DNA of 64,000 nt from the NCBI GenBank assembly GCA_052326305.1, contig JBKQPJ010000008.1, forward strand, positions 28,498 through 92,497, written 5' to 3'. Position 1 is the stretch's first letter; every line of letters starts with the position of its first letter. Position numbers and translations under genes: made by a program. The notes under the pieces were generated by a model. It worked only from the letters and a program-made list of their open reading frames with translations, was not told the origin of the DNA and made no database searches. This stretch comes from Thermoplasmata archaeon. GTDB lineage: Archaea; Thermoplasmatota; Thermoplasmata; Lutacidiplasmatales; UBA184. Shown one piece after another: positions 9,413 to 18,625 of this stretch.

Positions 9413-11743
9413 CTAAGAGGGTTGTGGCCTTGAGGAATCGTCGGGGGACGGCGCCGAACCGTCAGCCGGGATTTTGCGGAGGGGTTCGGGATCCAGCCAC
9501 CATACCGCTCCGGCCTCCGTCCGCTCGGTCCGGCGGATCGCCCCGAGCCGTCCAAGCCGGGCTCCGACACGACGGACGACCTCGGGGTCGGTAGGGTACC
9601 GGGCGCGCAGCTCCGCGAGGGGTAGGCGGAGAAGCCGACCGGCCTCGACGCTCCAAGACCGCTCCCGCAACCAGGCGATCGCCATCTCGGGCGGAGGTGT
9701 GGCGGCTCGGAAAGGGGAATCCGCGGGCCGCCCCGCGGCAGGATCCTCCCCGCGGCCGCCCGCTGCCGTGGTGGGGGGCGGGACCGGCCGGGGGATCCGT
9801 GCCGTTCTCACCCACCGGACCGACTGGCCTTTTCCGATCAGGACCGCCGCCTCCCCCCGCGGCAGCGCCAGAAGGCGCTCCGCCGGCACCCCCGGCGCGG
9901 CCCGCGCGAGCTCCCGCGCCTCCTCGGGGAGGCCGCGGAAGGCAACGAAATCGGCCACGTTCGTCCACGCCGCCTCCCGGACGTTCTCGGGGAGCGACGC
10001 GATCGATTGGGTGGCGAGGACCACGTGGACGTTGCGCCGCCGAGCGAGGCGGAGCATCTCGGCCAGGCTCTCGTGGGCGAACCATTGGGCCTCGTCGAGG
10101 AAGACGAACGTCTTCGATCCCGGTCCGGAGGCCAGCAGCTCCGACCAAACGAGCGCGAGGTAGACCGCGAGGAGGTAGCGCGCGGTCGCCTCCCCGACCC
10201 GGGCGGCGTCTCCCGAGACGAGCACGATCCGACCCGGTCGAACGAACTCGGCCGCGCTCAGCTCGGGGGTGCGCGCGCAGAGCATCCGGGCGAGCGTCGG
10301 GTTGCGGACCACTTCGTGGAGGAGCCGGCGGGCCCCGTCGGCGTCCTCGGGCCGCTCCCGGATCCGCGCGGCGAGCTCCCGAAGAGATTCTTCCGCGCCG
10401 GGCGGGGCGGCTCGTCGGGTCAGGCCCGAGGTCGAAAGGAGGGTGTGGGCGTCGGCGAGGGTCCCGCCGGGGAAGGCGGCGGCCGACCGAACCGCCCGCG
10501 TCAGCATCTCCTCGAGGCGGGGCCCCCAGAAGGAGTCGGCGTACCGGCCCGATCGGACTCGCCGTAGGGCGTGGACGATGTCGGCGATCCGCCGTTCGGC
10601 CCGCACCGGGTCGATCGCGGTACCGCCTCCGATCCCTTCGAGCGCGTTGATCGAGGGGGCGTCCTCTCCCGGGGAGATCGAGAGCACGGGTACCCCGGCC
10701 CCGGCGAGCTCTGAGCGGACCTCGCGGGCGGTCTCGCCGAGCGGATCGAGGAGGACGAGCCCCCCCTGTCGGGCCGCCCGGACCGCGAGCCCGACGATCA
10801 GCGAGCTCTTCCCCATCCCGGTCTCGCCGAGGATCGCGAGGTGGCGCCCTTGCGCGGGCTCGACGGGCACGCGGACCACGGTGCCTGCCGGCGTGCGGCC
10901 GAGGGGAAGTCCCCCGGACCCGATCGCTCCCAGGCCCGCACCCGAACCTCCGACCTCCCGCGGGGGCAGCACCGCGATCAGCTCGGCCGATGTGAGGAGG
11001 AAGCGGGGCTCGATCCGGAGGTAGGCGAGGGCGCGAGAGAACGAGATCCCGATCCCATCGATCCGCCTCCATGCGGCCTCCGCCGCGCCGATGGCGCGAC
11101 GACGCTCCTCGGCGGGAGCTGCCCGAGGCACCCTCACCCGCACCGTCGCGGTCCAGAGCGGCCCCGGGTCGCTCGCCACCGGGGTCGGCGGCGGGACCCG
11201 GAACGGTGCGGCTCTCCCACCGACCGGGGCCGGTCGGGGGATCCCTGCCGGCTCTAGATATCGCTCGAGATCCGGGAGTCGATAACGGTCGACGACCGGG
11301 GAGACGAGACAATCGAGCTCGGTCCCCGACCGGATCGCGGACAGGGCGAGCGCCGCGGTCAACACCACCGCCCCGCTTTCCGGGGGTGGGACCGGTCGCT
11401 CCCCCGGGAGTCCCCTCCTTCGGGCGAACAGGGTCTCGCCGCCGTCCGGGACCGGGTCCACGGGGGTCCGTCGCCACTGACCTGGGTCGTAGGCGCCCGC
11501 GAGGACCCGCTCGACCCATCGAACGGACGACGGGCCCCTCACTTCGAGCGAGATCGCCGGCTCGGGACCGGATCGCACCGCGACCCCCAGCGACACGCCG
11601 AGGCCGTGGCCGGCGCGCAGCGCTGTCTCCAACCTCGACCTCCCCCGGCTCGCTTCGTCCCGGACCATCGGCCCTTCCGCGCGGGAAACGAACCGCCACG
11701 CGGCCGCCTCGCCGGCCGGCCGGTGGGCCCCCGGGACACGCAC
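9413..11743 (-). CDS. HerA/FtsK/VirB4-superfamily P-loop ATPase (DUF87-like)
   Basis: HLAILGETGMGKSS Walker A, FVFLDEAQWF Walker B and HVVLATQS are characteristic of DUF87 HerA-like ATPases. The true start may be the internal MVRDEA at about 11668. Lies 25 nt upstream of the KaiC-like triad on the same strand. Confidence 0.65.
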   Translation of the reverse strand: MRVPGAHRPAGEAAAWRFVSRAEGPMVRDEASRGRSRLETALRAGHGLGVSLGVAVRSGPEPAISLEVRGPSSVRWVERVLAGAYDPGQWRRTPVDPVPDGGETLFARRRGLPGERPVPPPESGAVVLTAALALSAIRSGTELDCLVSPVVDRYRLPDLERYLEPAGIPRPAPVGGRAAPFRVPPPTPVASDPGPLWTATVRVRVPRAAPAEERRRAIGAAEAAWRRIDGIGISFSRALAYLRIEPRFLLTSAELIAVLPPREVGGSGAGLGAIGSGGLPLGRTPAGTVVRVPVEPAQGRHLAILGETGMGKSSLIVGLAVRAARQGGLVLLDPLGETAREVRSELAGAGVPVLSISPGEDAPSINALEGIGGGTAIDPVRAERRIADIVHALRRVRSGRYADSFWGPRLEEMLTRAVRSAAAFPGGTLADAHTLLSTSGLTRRAAPPGAEESLRELAARIRERPEDADGARRLLHEVVRNPTLARMLCARTPELSAAEFVRPGRIVLVSGDAARVGEATARYLLAVYLALVWSELLASGPGSKTFVFLDEAQWFAHESLAEMLRLARRRNVHVVLATQSIASLPENVREAAWTNVADFVAFRGLPEEARELARAAPGVPAERLLALPRGEAAVLIGKGQSVRWVRTARIPRPVPPPTTAAGGRGEDPAAGRPADSPFRAATPPPEMAIAWLRERSWSVEAGRLLRLPLAELRARYPTDPEVVRRVGARLGRLGAIRRTERTEAGAVWWLDPEPLRKIPADGSAPSPDDSSRPQPS

Positions 11744-11855
11744 GGTCGACGCCGGACGGATGGCGGACGAAGGAGAGGTCGGCCTAGCCGAACGCTGAAA
11801 GCCGCCTCGTCAGCCTCAAGTAGCCCTCCCCCCACGCCGGGACGAGCGTCCCCCG

Positions 11856-12977
11856 ATGCCGTCGATGGAAGAGCAGATACTCGCCGTCGAGGAGGAGATC
11901 CGCAATACCTCTTACAACAAGGCGACCCAGGGGCACATCGGCCGGCTGAAGGCGAAGCTCGCGGTCCTCCGCCTCGAGCGGGAGTTCCGGGCGAAGGGTA
12001 AGGGCGGGGGCGCGGGGTACTCGGTCCGCAAGAGCGGTCACGCGACGGTCGGGCTCGTCGGGTACCCGTCCGTCGGCAAGTCGACGCTGCTGAACCGCCT
12101 GACCGCGGCGGAGAGCGAGACCGCGGCCTACGACTTCACGACGGTCTCGATCATCCCGGGAATGCTCCGCTGGAGCGGCGCCTCGATCCAGATCCTGGAT
12201 ATGCCCGGTCTCGTTCCCGGCGCCGCTACCGGCCGGGGGCGGGGCCGTGAGGTCCTGTCGGTCGTGCGGTCGACCGACCTCATCCTCTTCATGGTCGATC
12301 CGGAGCACCCGAACCTGCGGGCCCTCGTCCAGGAGCTCGAGGCCGCGGCCGTCCGCATCAACGCCCGCCCCCCGAAGGTCGTCATCCACCGCGTCGACCG
12401 CGGCGGGCTCACGATCTCGAGCACCGTGCGGCTGACCCACCTCGCCGGCGGCCTCGCGACCCCGATCGCTCGGGAGTTCGGCCTGCACAACGGCACCATC
12501 ATCTTCCGGGAGGACGCCACGGCGGACGAGCTGATCGACGTCCTGGCCGGCAACCGCGTCTACCTGCCCGCGCTCCTCGCCGTGAATAAGTCGGAGTACC
12601 TCACGGCGGACGACCGGGCCCGTCTCGCCGTCGCGACGCAGCCGTTCGTGCCGTCGTACATCAGCGCGCGCGACGGCACCGGGCTCACCGAGCTCGTCAA
12701 TCGCATCGGCCGGGCCCTGCGGTTCATACGGATCTACGTGAAGCCCCCCGGACGTCCGCCGGACCGGGAGGAGCCGGTGATCCTCCGGCGGGGCGATTCC
12801 GTTACGGAGCTGCTCCGGCGGCTTCCGGGGGATCTCGACAAGACGTTCAAGGCCGCCCAGATCTGGGGGCCGAGCGCCCGGTTCCCGGGTCAGACGGTCG
12901 GGCGGGACCACGTCCTCGACGACGAGGACGTCGTCACGATCGTCGTCGCCCGCGGGTCGGCGCGCGCGAGCGAGTGA
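11856..12977 (+). CDS. developmentally regulated GTP-binding protein (DRG/Rbg1-type Obg-family GTPase with TGS domain)
   Basis: VGLVGYPSVGKSTLLNRLT G1 motif, DMPGLV G3 and NKSE G4. The C-terminal TGS-like region (IYVKPPG...) matches the DRG family. Confidence 0.85.
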   Translation: MPSMEEQILAVEEEIRNTSYNKATQGHIGRLKAKLAVLRLEREFRAKGKGGGAGYSVRKSGHATVGLVGYPSVGKSTLLNRLTAAESETAAYDFTTVSIIPGMLRWSGASIQILDMPGLVPGAATGRGRGREVLSVVRSTDLILFMVDPEHPNLRALVQELEAAAVRINARPPKVVIHRVDRGGLTISSTVRLTHLAGGLATPIAREFGLHNGTIIFREDATADELIDVLAGNRVYLPALLAVNKSEYLTADDRARLAVATQPFVPSYISARDGTGLTELVNRIGRALRFIRIYVKPPGRPPDREEPVILRRGDSVTELLRRLPGDLDKTFKAAQIWGPSARFPGQTVGRDHVLDDEDVVTIVVARGSARASE

Positions 12978-13698
12978 CCGGACCCGGCGGCCGCGCCCCC
13001 GCGGCCCGCAGCACGCCCCCGATCAGGTAGTGGCCCCGGTGGAACGGCTCGAGCCGCACCCCGCGCTCGAGGTCGACCCCGTCGGCGAGGCTCGATTCGG
13101 CGCCTTCGAGGTGCCGGATCGCCGAGAGATCGCGGCCCATGCTCGCGGTCTTCAGGGCCATGAGGAGCGCCGCCCCATCCCCGGAGAGGAGGAGCTCGGC
13201 GTTCCGTTGCACGATCTCGACCTGGTCGGGCTGGGCGACATCGGCGTACACGCCGTGGACGACGGGAACGAGGTCCGCGTACGAACCAGGATCGCGCGCG
13301 TCGCCCAGGATCGGGAGCAGGCTGGGCCATCGCGCGCTCGTGGCGAGCAGGCGAGCGAACGGCCGGAGGCTCCGCTCGACCGCGTAAACGCTTCCGGACG
13401 GCCCGACAAGGTCGGCGACGTGGGAGGCGGTCGTGCCGCTCGCGGCTCCGAGGTACAGCCAGCGCTCGCCGGGCCGTGGGATCGGACCGGACCAGCCCGC
13501 GGCGATCCCGGCCGCCAGCTTCGACCGAGCTGGCTCGAAGCGACGGAACCTGCGCCCGTCGCGCTCGATCCACCCTTCCCCGTAGACGGGGGGCAGCTCC
13601 CCGACCGCCTCGGTCCAGAGCTCGACGCGGTCGGCGAGGCGGCGACGCAGGAGCCGCGGGGAGAAACGGTCCTCCTCGAACGGCCGCGCGGTCCTCAC
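12934..13698 (-). CDS. flpA: fibrillarin-like rRNA/tRNA 2'-O-methyltransferase
   Basis: WLYLGAASGTTASHVADLVGPSGSVYAVERSLRPFARLL ... LLPILGDARDP is the fibrillarin SAM-binding core. Proposed GTG start at 13696-13698 overlapping the nop5 stop (GTGA). The C-terminal Arg/Gly-rich tail is unusual. Confidence 0.75.
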   Translation of the reverse strand: MRTARPFEEDRFSPRLLRRRLADRVELWTEAVGELPPVYGEGWIERDGRRFRRFEPARSKLAAGIAAGWSGPIPRPGERWLYLGAASGTTASHVADLVGPSGSVYAVERSLRPFARLLATSARWPSLLPILGDARDPGSYADLVPVVHGVYADVAQPDQVEIVQRNAELLLSGDGAALLMALKTASMGRDLSAIRHLEGAESSLADGVDLERGVRLEPFHRGHYLIGGVLRAAGARPPGPVTRSRAPTRGRRRS

Positions 13699-14612
13699 CG
13701 GGACCTCCGACGGAGCTCCTCGATACGGCGGTCCCGCCGGCGGGTCAGACCGGGCGCGATCGGGGCGCGCGTCGTCGCATCGGCTCGCACGGCGATCGCG
13801 GCCAGGGCCGCGAGGCTCCGAGCGTACGCCCCCCGACGCTCGACCGGCACGTCCCCCATCCGCTCGGCCCGGAAGATCACGCCGAACCTCGGTCCCCGGT
13901 CGGGGGACGGTCGGCGGCGGGACCCGAGCAGCTGCAACCGCGGCGCGCGCATCCTTCCGAGAGGCGCCACCCCGCCCGCGGCGGCGACGAGCCGCGCCGC
14001 GACCCGGGCCCCCACGACGGCCGAGAGGTTCGGGACGACCTCGCGGGCTGCATTCTCGACCGTCTCGACGAGCGCCCGGTGATGGTGCTCGAGGGTGCCC
14101 CGGGCCGAAGCCCAGCGGGCCGAATACTCGACCAGCGGGGATCCCGGCACGGTCAGCATCGCTTCGGCGGCCCGTTGCTCGCGACCGACCGCCCGCTCGA
14201 GGCGCTCCTCCTCCCGCGCCAACGTGACGAGCACCTCCTCGGGCGCGCGGAGGGCGCGGGCGAGGCTCGAGGTGGCGATCTCTCGCAGGTACGCCCGTTC
14301 GGCGGACGGCTCGGGGCGCGGCAGCAGGCGGCGGCCGCGACGCCACTCCACCACGGTCGCCGGGGCCACGCGCCTTCCCGTCCGGAGCGCGAGGGCCCGG
14401 ACGAGCTCCGGGCCGGCGGCGTGGACCTCGACATCGGCCGGGAGCTCGGCGACCGCGCCCGCCAGGGACGCCGGGACCGTTTCCGGCGCGAGGCCCGCTC
14501 CGGGGCGGGGGGGTTCCCGGCCGACCGGTGGGCGGTGGACCACGGGCCGATCGCTTCCGGGGGGGAACAGATAGAGCGCCGGCCCGAACGGGATGACGAG
14601 CGCCGCGCTCAC
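13695..14612 (-). CDS. nop5: C/D box snoRNP protein Nop5 (Nop56/58)
   Basis: NOP domain VVPNLSAVVGARVAARLVAAAGGVAPLGRMRAPRLQLLG. Immediately upstream of fibrillarin, the canonical archaeal arrangement. Confidence 0.75.
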   Translation of the reverse strand: MSAALVIPFGPALYLFPPGSDRPVVHRPPVGREPPRPGAGLAPETVPASLAGAVAELPADVEVHAAGPELVRALALRTGRRVAPATVVEWRRGRRLLPRPEPSAERAYLREIATSSLARALRAPEEVLVTLAREEERLERAVGREQRAAEAMLTVPGSPLVEYSARWASARGTLEHHHRALVETVENAAREVVPNLSAVVGARVAARLVAAAGGVAPLGRMRAPRLQLLGSRRRPSPDRGPRFGVIFRAERMGDVPVERRGAYARSLAALAAIAVRADATTRAPIAPGLTRRRDRRIEELRRRSR

Positions 14613-14615
14613 GCG

Positions 14616-16022
14616 CTAGAACTCCCCAAGCGACTTCTGGAACCGGTGACGCTCCTCGGGGACCTCGACCGGGTACTTTCCCGTGAGGCACCCAAGGCAA
14701 AGGCGGTCGCCCTTCAGGCCGATCGACTCGACCAGCCCGGGGAGCGAGAGGTACCGCACGCTGTCCGCCCCGATGATCACCGCGATCTCCGCCTCCGAGC
14801 GGCCGTGGGCGACGAGCTCCTTGCGTTCCTTCATGTCGACGCCGAAGTAGCAGGGCGCCACGATCGGCGGGCAGCCGATCCGGACGTCGATCCGGGTCGC
14901 CCCGGCGGCGCGGACCATCTGCACGATCTCGCGGAGCGTCGTGCCCCGGACGATCGAGTCGTCGAGCAGGACGACGCGCTTTCCCTTGAGCAGCCCGGGC
15001 ACCGGATGGAGCTTCACGCGCACCTCGAACTCCCGGCGGCGCTGGTCGGGGAGGATGAACGTACGCTCGACGAACCGGTTCTTGATCAGCGCCTCGGCGT
15101 ACGGGATCCCCGAGCGCTCCGCGAACCCGAGCGCCTGCGGACGCGCCGAATCCGGTACCGGCACGACGATGTCCGCCTCCACCGGGCTCTCCTCCGCGAG
15201 CCGCCGGCCGATCCGATGGCGGACGTCGTACACCGGCTGGCCCTCCGCGATCGAATCGGGACGCGAGAAGTACACCCACTCGAACATGCAGTGCGCCTGC
15301 TCGCCGTTCCCCGGGATGTGCGAGGTATGCGCGAGCTGGCCCTTCTCGAGGACGACGACCTCGCCGGGCCCGACCTCGCGGATCGCCCGACCGCCCATCA
15401 TCTCGAGGGCGACCGACTCGCTCGCGACCGCCACGCCCCCGTCGATCGTCCCGAAGACCAGCGGTCGGATCCCGAGCGGGTCCCGGAACCCGTAGACCTT
15501 CGACCCCGCGAGGAGCACGACCGCATACCCTCCGACGATCTCCGTGCATGCCCGGCGGATCGCGGCGTCGAGGTCGCGGGTCCTTCCGAACTCGAGGGCG
15601 ATCATCTGGGCCATCGTCTCGGTGTCGGCGTTCCCGAGCAGGTCCACGCCCTGGGCCTGGAGCCGGCGGCGGATCCGGTCGAAGTTGACGATGTCGCCGT
15701 TGTGGGCGATCGCCGCGTCCTGGTCGTGGATCTTGACGACGATCGGCTGCGCGTTCTCGAGGTCGCTCGACCCCGTCGTGGAGTAGCGCACGTGCCCGAT
15801 GCCGACCGGTCCGCGCAGGGTGTCAAGCATCTCCTGGGTGAAGATCTCGTGGACGAGGCCCATCCCCTTGCGGTGGAACAGCTTCCCGTGGCTCGTCGTG
15901 CCGATCCCGGCCGACTCCTGGCCCCGGTGCTGCAGGGCCCGGAGGCCCCGGAACAGGTAGGGGGCCGCCCCCTTGCCCTGCAGCGAGACCCCCACTACGC
16001 CGCAGAACTCGCGTGCCGGCAT
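14616..16022 (-). CDS. purF: amidophosphoribosyltransferase
   Basis: N-terminal Cys nucleophile (CGVVGV), PRTase motif VVLLDDSIVRGTT, and the full-length GATase-II plus PRT architecture. Confidence 0.9.
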   Translation of the reverse strand: MPAREFCGVVGVSLQGKGAAPYLFRGLRALQHRGQESAGIGTTSHGKLFHRKGMGLVHEIFTQEMLDTLRGPVGIGHVRYSTTGSSDLENAQPIVVKIHDQDAAIAHNGDIVNFDRIRRRLQAQGVDLLGNADTETMAQMIALEFGRTRDLDAAIRRACTEIVGGYAVVLLAGSKVYGFRDPLGIRPLVFGTIDGGVAVASESVALEMMGGRAIREVGPGEVVVLEKGQLAHTSHIPGNGEQAHCMFEWVYFSRPDSIAEGQPVYDVRHRIGRRLAEESPVEADIVVPVPDSARPQALGFAERSGIPYAEALIKNRFVERTFILPDQRRREFEVRVKLHPVPGLLKGKRVVLLDDSIVRGTTLREIVQMVRAAGATRIDVRIGCPPIVAPCYFGVDMKERKELVAHGRSEAEIAVIIGADSVRYLSLPGLVESIGLKGDRLCLGCLTGKYPVEVPEERHRFQKSLGEF

Positions 16023-16106
16023 CTCTCGGTCGGGGGCGGACAGGGCACCCCCGACCGAGCCAGCGGCCCGCGGGTCTTAAGCGGTGCGCCGCGCGCGAGG
16101 TCGACC

Positions 16107-16415
16107 TCAGCCGAAGAGGGCGGAGAGACCCTCGGCCGCCTCTTCCTCGGAGACGCCCTTCTCTTCCTTCTTCTCCTCTTCCTTCTTCTCGGGCTTGCCC
16201 TTCCCCTCGGCCGCCGGAGCGGCCGCGGGGGCGGCGAACGACTCGGCCTTCGTGAGCAGCTCGGCGAGGTTCACGCCCTCGAGCGAGGCGAGCAACGCCT
16301 TCACGCGCGGCACGTCCGGCGCGACGCCCGCCGCGCTCAGGACCCCGGAGAGCCCCTTCTCATCGATCGGCTTCTTGGCGGCATTCAGCAGCAACGCACC
16401 GTAGACGTACTCCAT
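16107..16415 (-). CDS. rpl12: 50S ribosomal stalk protein P1 (L12e)
   Basis: [10 protein letters not shown] start, and the C-terminal acidic tail [23 protein letters not shown] is the P-protein stalk signature. Confidence 0.85.
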   Translation of the reverse strand: MEYVYGALLLNAAKKPIDEKGLSGVLSAAGVAPDVPRVKALLASLEGVNLAELLTKAESFAAPAAAPAAEGKGKPEKKEEEKKEEKGVSEEEAAEGLSALFG

Positions 16416-16446
16416 CTCTCTCACTCCGTGGACTTCGGGGGAACCC

Positions 16447-17307
16447 TCAGTGACCTGTCAGTTTTCCGACCGCCGCCGCCTCGCGGATCGCCTGCGCGAA
16501 GAGGGGGCCGACCGTTTCGGGAGTAGGGTAACCGGCGGCGACCGCGACCGCCAGGGCGGCGCGGTGGGCCCGGGTAACGAACCGCGAGATCGTCTCGGGG
16601 GCGATGATCCCGAGCTCGAGCGCGACCCCGAGGGCGCCCACGACCCCGCGGGCGATGTCGGCCCGGCGCGCGTCGAGGTCGACCGCGAGGACATCGGGCG
16701 GATAGAACGTGTCGCCGTCGACGACGGCGCGCAGCGTCAGCCCGACCTCGAGCGGGCGGATGTCGAGCCGCGTCAGGAGCCCCGCGACCTCGCGCGAGAT
16801 CGTACCGCCGGCCCGGACGATCGTCGTGTCCTTCTTGAGCACGACCTTGCCCTTCTCGATCGCCGCGGGGAAGCCGGCGTGCTGGAGCTCGCCGACGATC
16901 GGGCCGGGTTTGAAGCTGGTCGTCCCTCCCGGGACGACGATGTCGTTCGGGGCCAGCTCGCCGCCGCGGGCGGGGGTCGGGGAGCGGGTCTCGAAGAGCT
17001 CGTGCGCGAGCGAGAACGGATTCCCCTCGGCGGCGAGGACCGCCGTCTGGTCCTGGACCTGCTCGAGGAGCGGGCGCAGCGACGGGCGCGTCTCCGACGC
17101 GCGCTCGAGGGCATGGCGGATCGAGCTGTTCGTCGCGACGACGATCGGGTGGTCCCGGTTCCTCAGCTCCCGCCGCATCGTCTGGAGCGCCGAAGCCGGC
17201 ACGCCCCGCAGGCCGACGACGGCGGTGACCTTGTGGGAGAGCAATTGCTTCGCGAGCGCGTCGACCTGCGCGATCCTTTCCGGTCGGACCGATCCGCGTC
17301 CCGGCAT
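16447..17307 (-). CDS. rplP0: 50S ribosomal protein P0 (uL10)
   Basis: Sits between L1 and P1 in the conserved L1-L10-L12 order. Length and the [20 protein letters not shown] motif fit uL10. Confidence 0.85.
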   Translation of the reverse strand: MPGRGSVRPERIAQVDALAKQLLSHKVTAVVGLRGVPASALQTMRRELRNRDHPIVVATNSSIRHALERASETRPSLRPLLEQVQDQTAVLAAEGNPFSLAHELFETRSPTPARGGELAPNDIVVPGGTTSFKPGPIVGELQHAGFPAAIEKGKVVLKKDTTIVRAGGTISREVAGLLTRLDIRPLEVGLTLRAVVDGDTFYPPDVLAVDLDARRADIARGVVGALGVALELGIIAPETISRFVTRAHRAALAVAVAAGYPTPETVGPLFAQAIREAAAVGKLTGH

Positions 17308-17317
17308 CGTCCCTGCC

Positions 17318-17947
17318 CTACCAGAGCCGAACGGCCGGGCCCATCGTCGTCTTGATGTAGACCGATTCGATGTTGGAGCGCCCCCGTTCGAGCTTCCCGA
17401 CGATGCGGGTGAGCACCACGTCGACGTTCTGGGCGATCAGCTCGGGCGTCATCCCGCGCGTGCCGACCGGGGCGTGGAACGTGCGCTTCCCCTTCGAGCG
17501 GACCCGGATCGAGCGCTTGAGGGCGTTGATCAGGTTCGTCGGATCGCTGCCCGGCGGGAGAGGGCGGGGCATCTTTCCCCGCGGGCCGAGCACGACGCCG
17601 AGCCGCTTACCGATCGTCGGCATCAGCGGGGCCTCGGCGAGGAAGAAGTCGATCGTCCCCACGGCCTTCTTCGCGCCCTTCGCGAACTCGTCGAGCTCGG
17701 CGGAGGTGATCACCACGTCGGCGACGTTCCGGATCTTCTGGCAGAGTTCGGGGGAGGCGATGACCGCGACCCGGACCGTCTTGCCGCGGCCGTTCGGGAG
17801 GGGGATGTCGTCCTCGACCCGGTTCTTCGGCAGCGAGAGGTCGAGGTCCTTGATGTTCACGGAGAGCTCGACGGTCTCCGAGAACTTGCGCTCGGGAGCC
17901 TTCCCGAGGGCTTCGGTGACCACTTCTACGGACGGACGGTCGGGCAT
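17318..17947 (-). CDS. rpl1: 50S ribosomal protein L1 (uL1)
   Basis: LGVVLGPRGKMP and the overall uL1 pattern in a 209-aa protein. Confidence 0.9.
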   Translation of the reverse strand: MPDRPSVEVVTEALGKAPERKFSETVELSVNIKDLDLSLPKNRVEDDIPLPNGRGKTVRVAVIASPELCQKIRNVADVVITSAELDEFAKGAKKAVGTIDFFLAEAPLMPTIGKRLGVVLGPRGKMPRPLPPGSDPTNLINALKRSIRVRSKGKRTFHAPVGTRGMTPELIAQNVDVVLTRIVGKLERGRSNIESVYIKTTMGPAVRLW

Positions 17948-18101
17948 CGCTCTCTCCGAGGTAAGGACGCGAGCGCGGCGAAAAGGCTTCCCTATATGAG
18001 CGTTCGCTCGCCGCTCGGCGAGCGCGGGTGGCCCGGGGAGGCCGTCCGCTCGCGCGGGGAGCGTTCCCCATCGCGTTCGTCGCCTCAGAGCCCGCCCTAA
18101 C

Positions 18102-18110
18102 TCATATATA
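18102..18110 (+). promoter_or_regulatory. TATA box (tcatatata) upstream of the L44e operon
   Basis: AT-rich element centred about 28 nt upstream of the ATG at 18135, the spacing expected for a leaderless or near-leaderless archaeal transcript. Confidence 0.5.
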
Positions 18111-18134
18111 GCAAATCAACCTCGGGCGCCGCCG

Positions 18135-18422
18135 ATGCATTACCCTAAGACCGTGTCCACGTACTGCCCGAAGTGCAAGACGCACACGGACCACGAGGTC
18201 GAGAAAGGCAAGAAGCGCCCCGCTTCCGAGATGAAGTGGGGGCAGCGCCGCTTCCGCCGGGCGACCCGCGGCTACGGGGGCTTTCCGCGACCCAAGCCCG
18301 AGGGCCGGGCGAAGGCGGTCCGCCGGGTCTATCTCAAGTTCCGTTGCAAGAAATGCAAGTATACCGTCCAGCCGAGGAGCTGGCGGGCGAGCCAGCTCGA
18401 GCTCGTCGAGCAGCACAAGTAG
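18135..18422 (+). CDS. rpl44e: 50S ribosomal protein L44e (eL42)
   Basis: YCPKCKTHTDHEV ... CKKCKYTV zinc-ribbon pattern in 95 aa. Confidence 0.9.
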   Translation: MHYPKTVSTYCPKCKTHTDHEVEKGKKRPASEMKWGQRRFRRATRGYGGFPRPKPEGRAKAVRRVYLKFRCKKCKYTVQPRSWRASQLELVEQHK

Positions 18423-18430
18423 GAGGACCG

Positions 18431-18607
18431 ATGCGAGGACCAGCCCCCTTCTGGGTCGTGAAGTGCCCCGACTGCTCGACCGAGCAGACGATCTTCAGCC
18501 GCCCCGCGACCGTCGTCAACTGCGGCGTCTGCGGCGCCAACCTCGCGACGCCGACCGGCGGCCAGGCGCAGCTTCGGGGGGAGCGCGTGCGCTCCCTCGA
18601 GGGCTAG
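18431..18607 (+). CDS. rps27e: 30S ribosomal protein S27e
   Basis: ATG at 18431 preceded by aggagga. FWVVKCPDCSTEQTIFSRPATVVNCGVCGANL is the S27e zinc-finger signature. The track only shows it inside a longer alternative-start ORF. Confidence 0.85.
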   Translation: MRGPAPFWVVKCPDCSTEQTIFSRPATVVNCGVCGANLATPTGGQAQLRGERVRSLEG

Positions 18608-18625
18608 GCAGGTCCGGCGGGACGG

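Noticed and set aside
13476-16526. 1016-aa plus-strand ORF across nop5/purF
   Set aside because: Antisense to fibrillarin, nop5 and purF, all of which have strong family signatures. It has no motifs and low-complexity Arg/Gly/Pro content.
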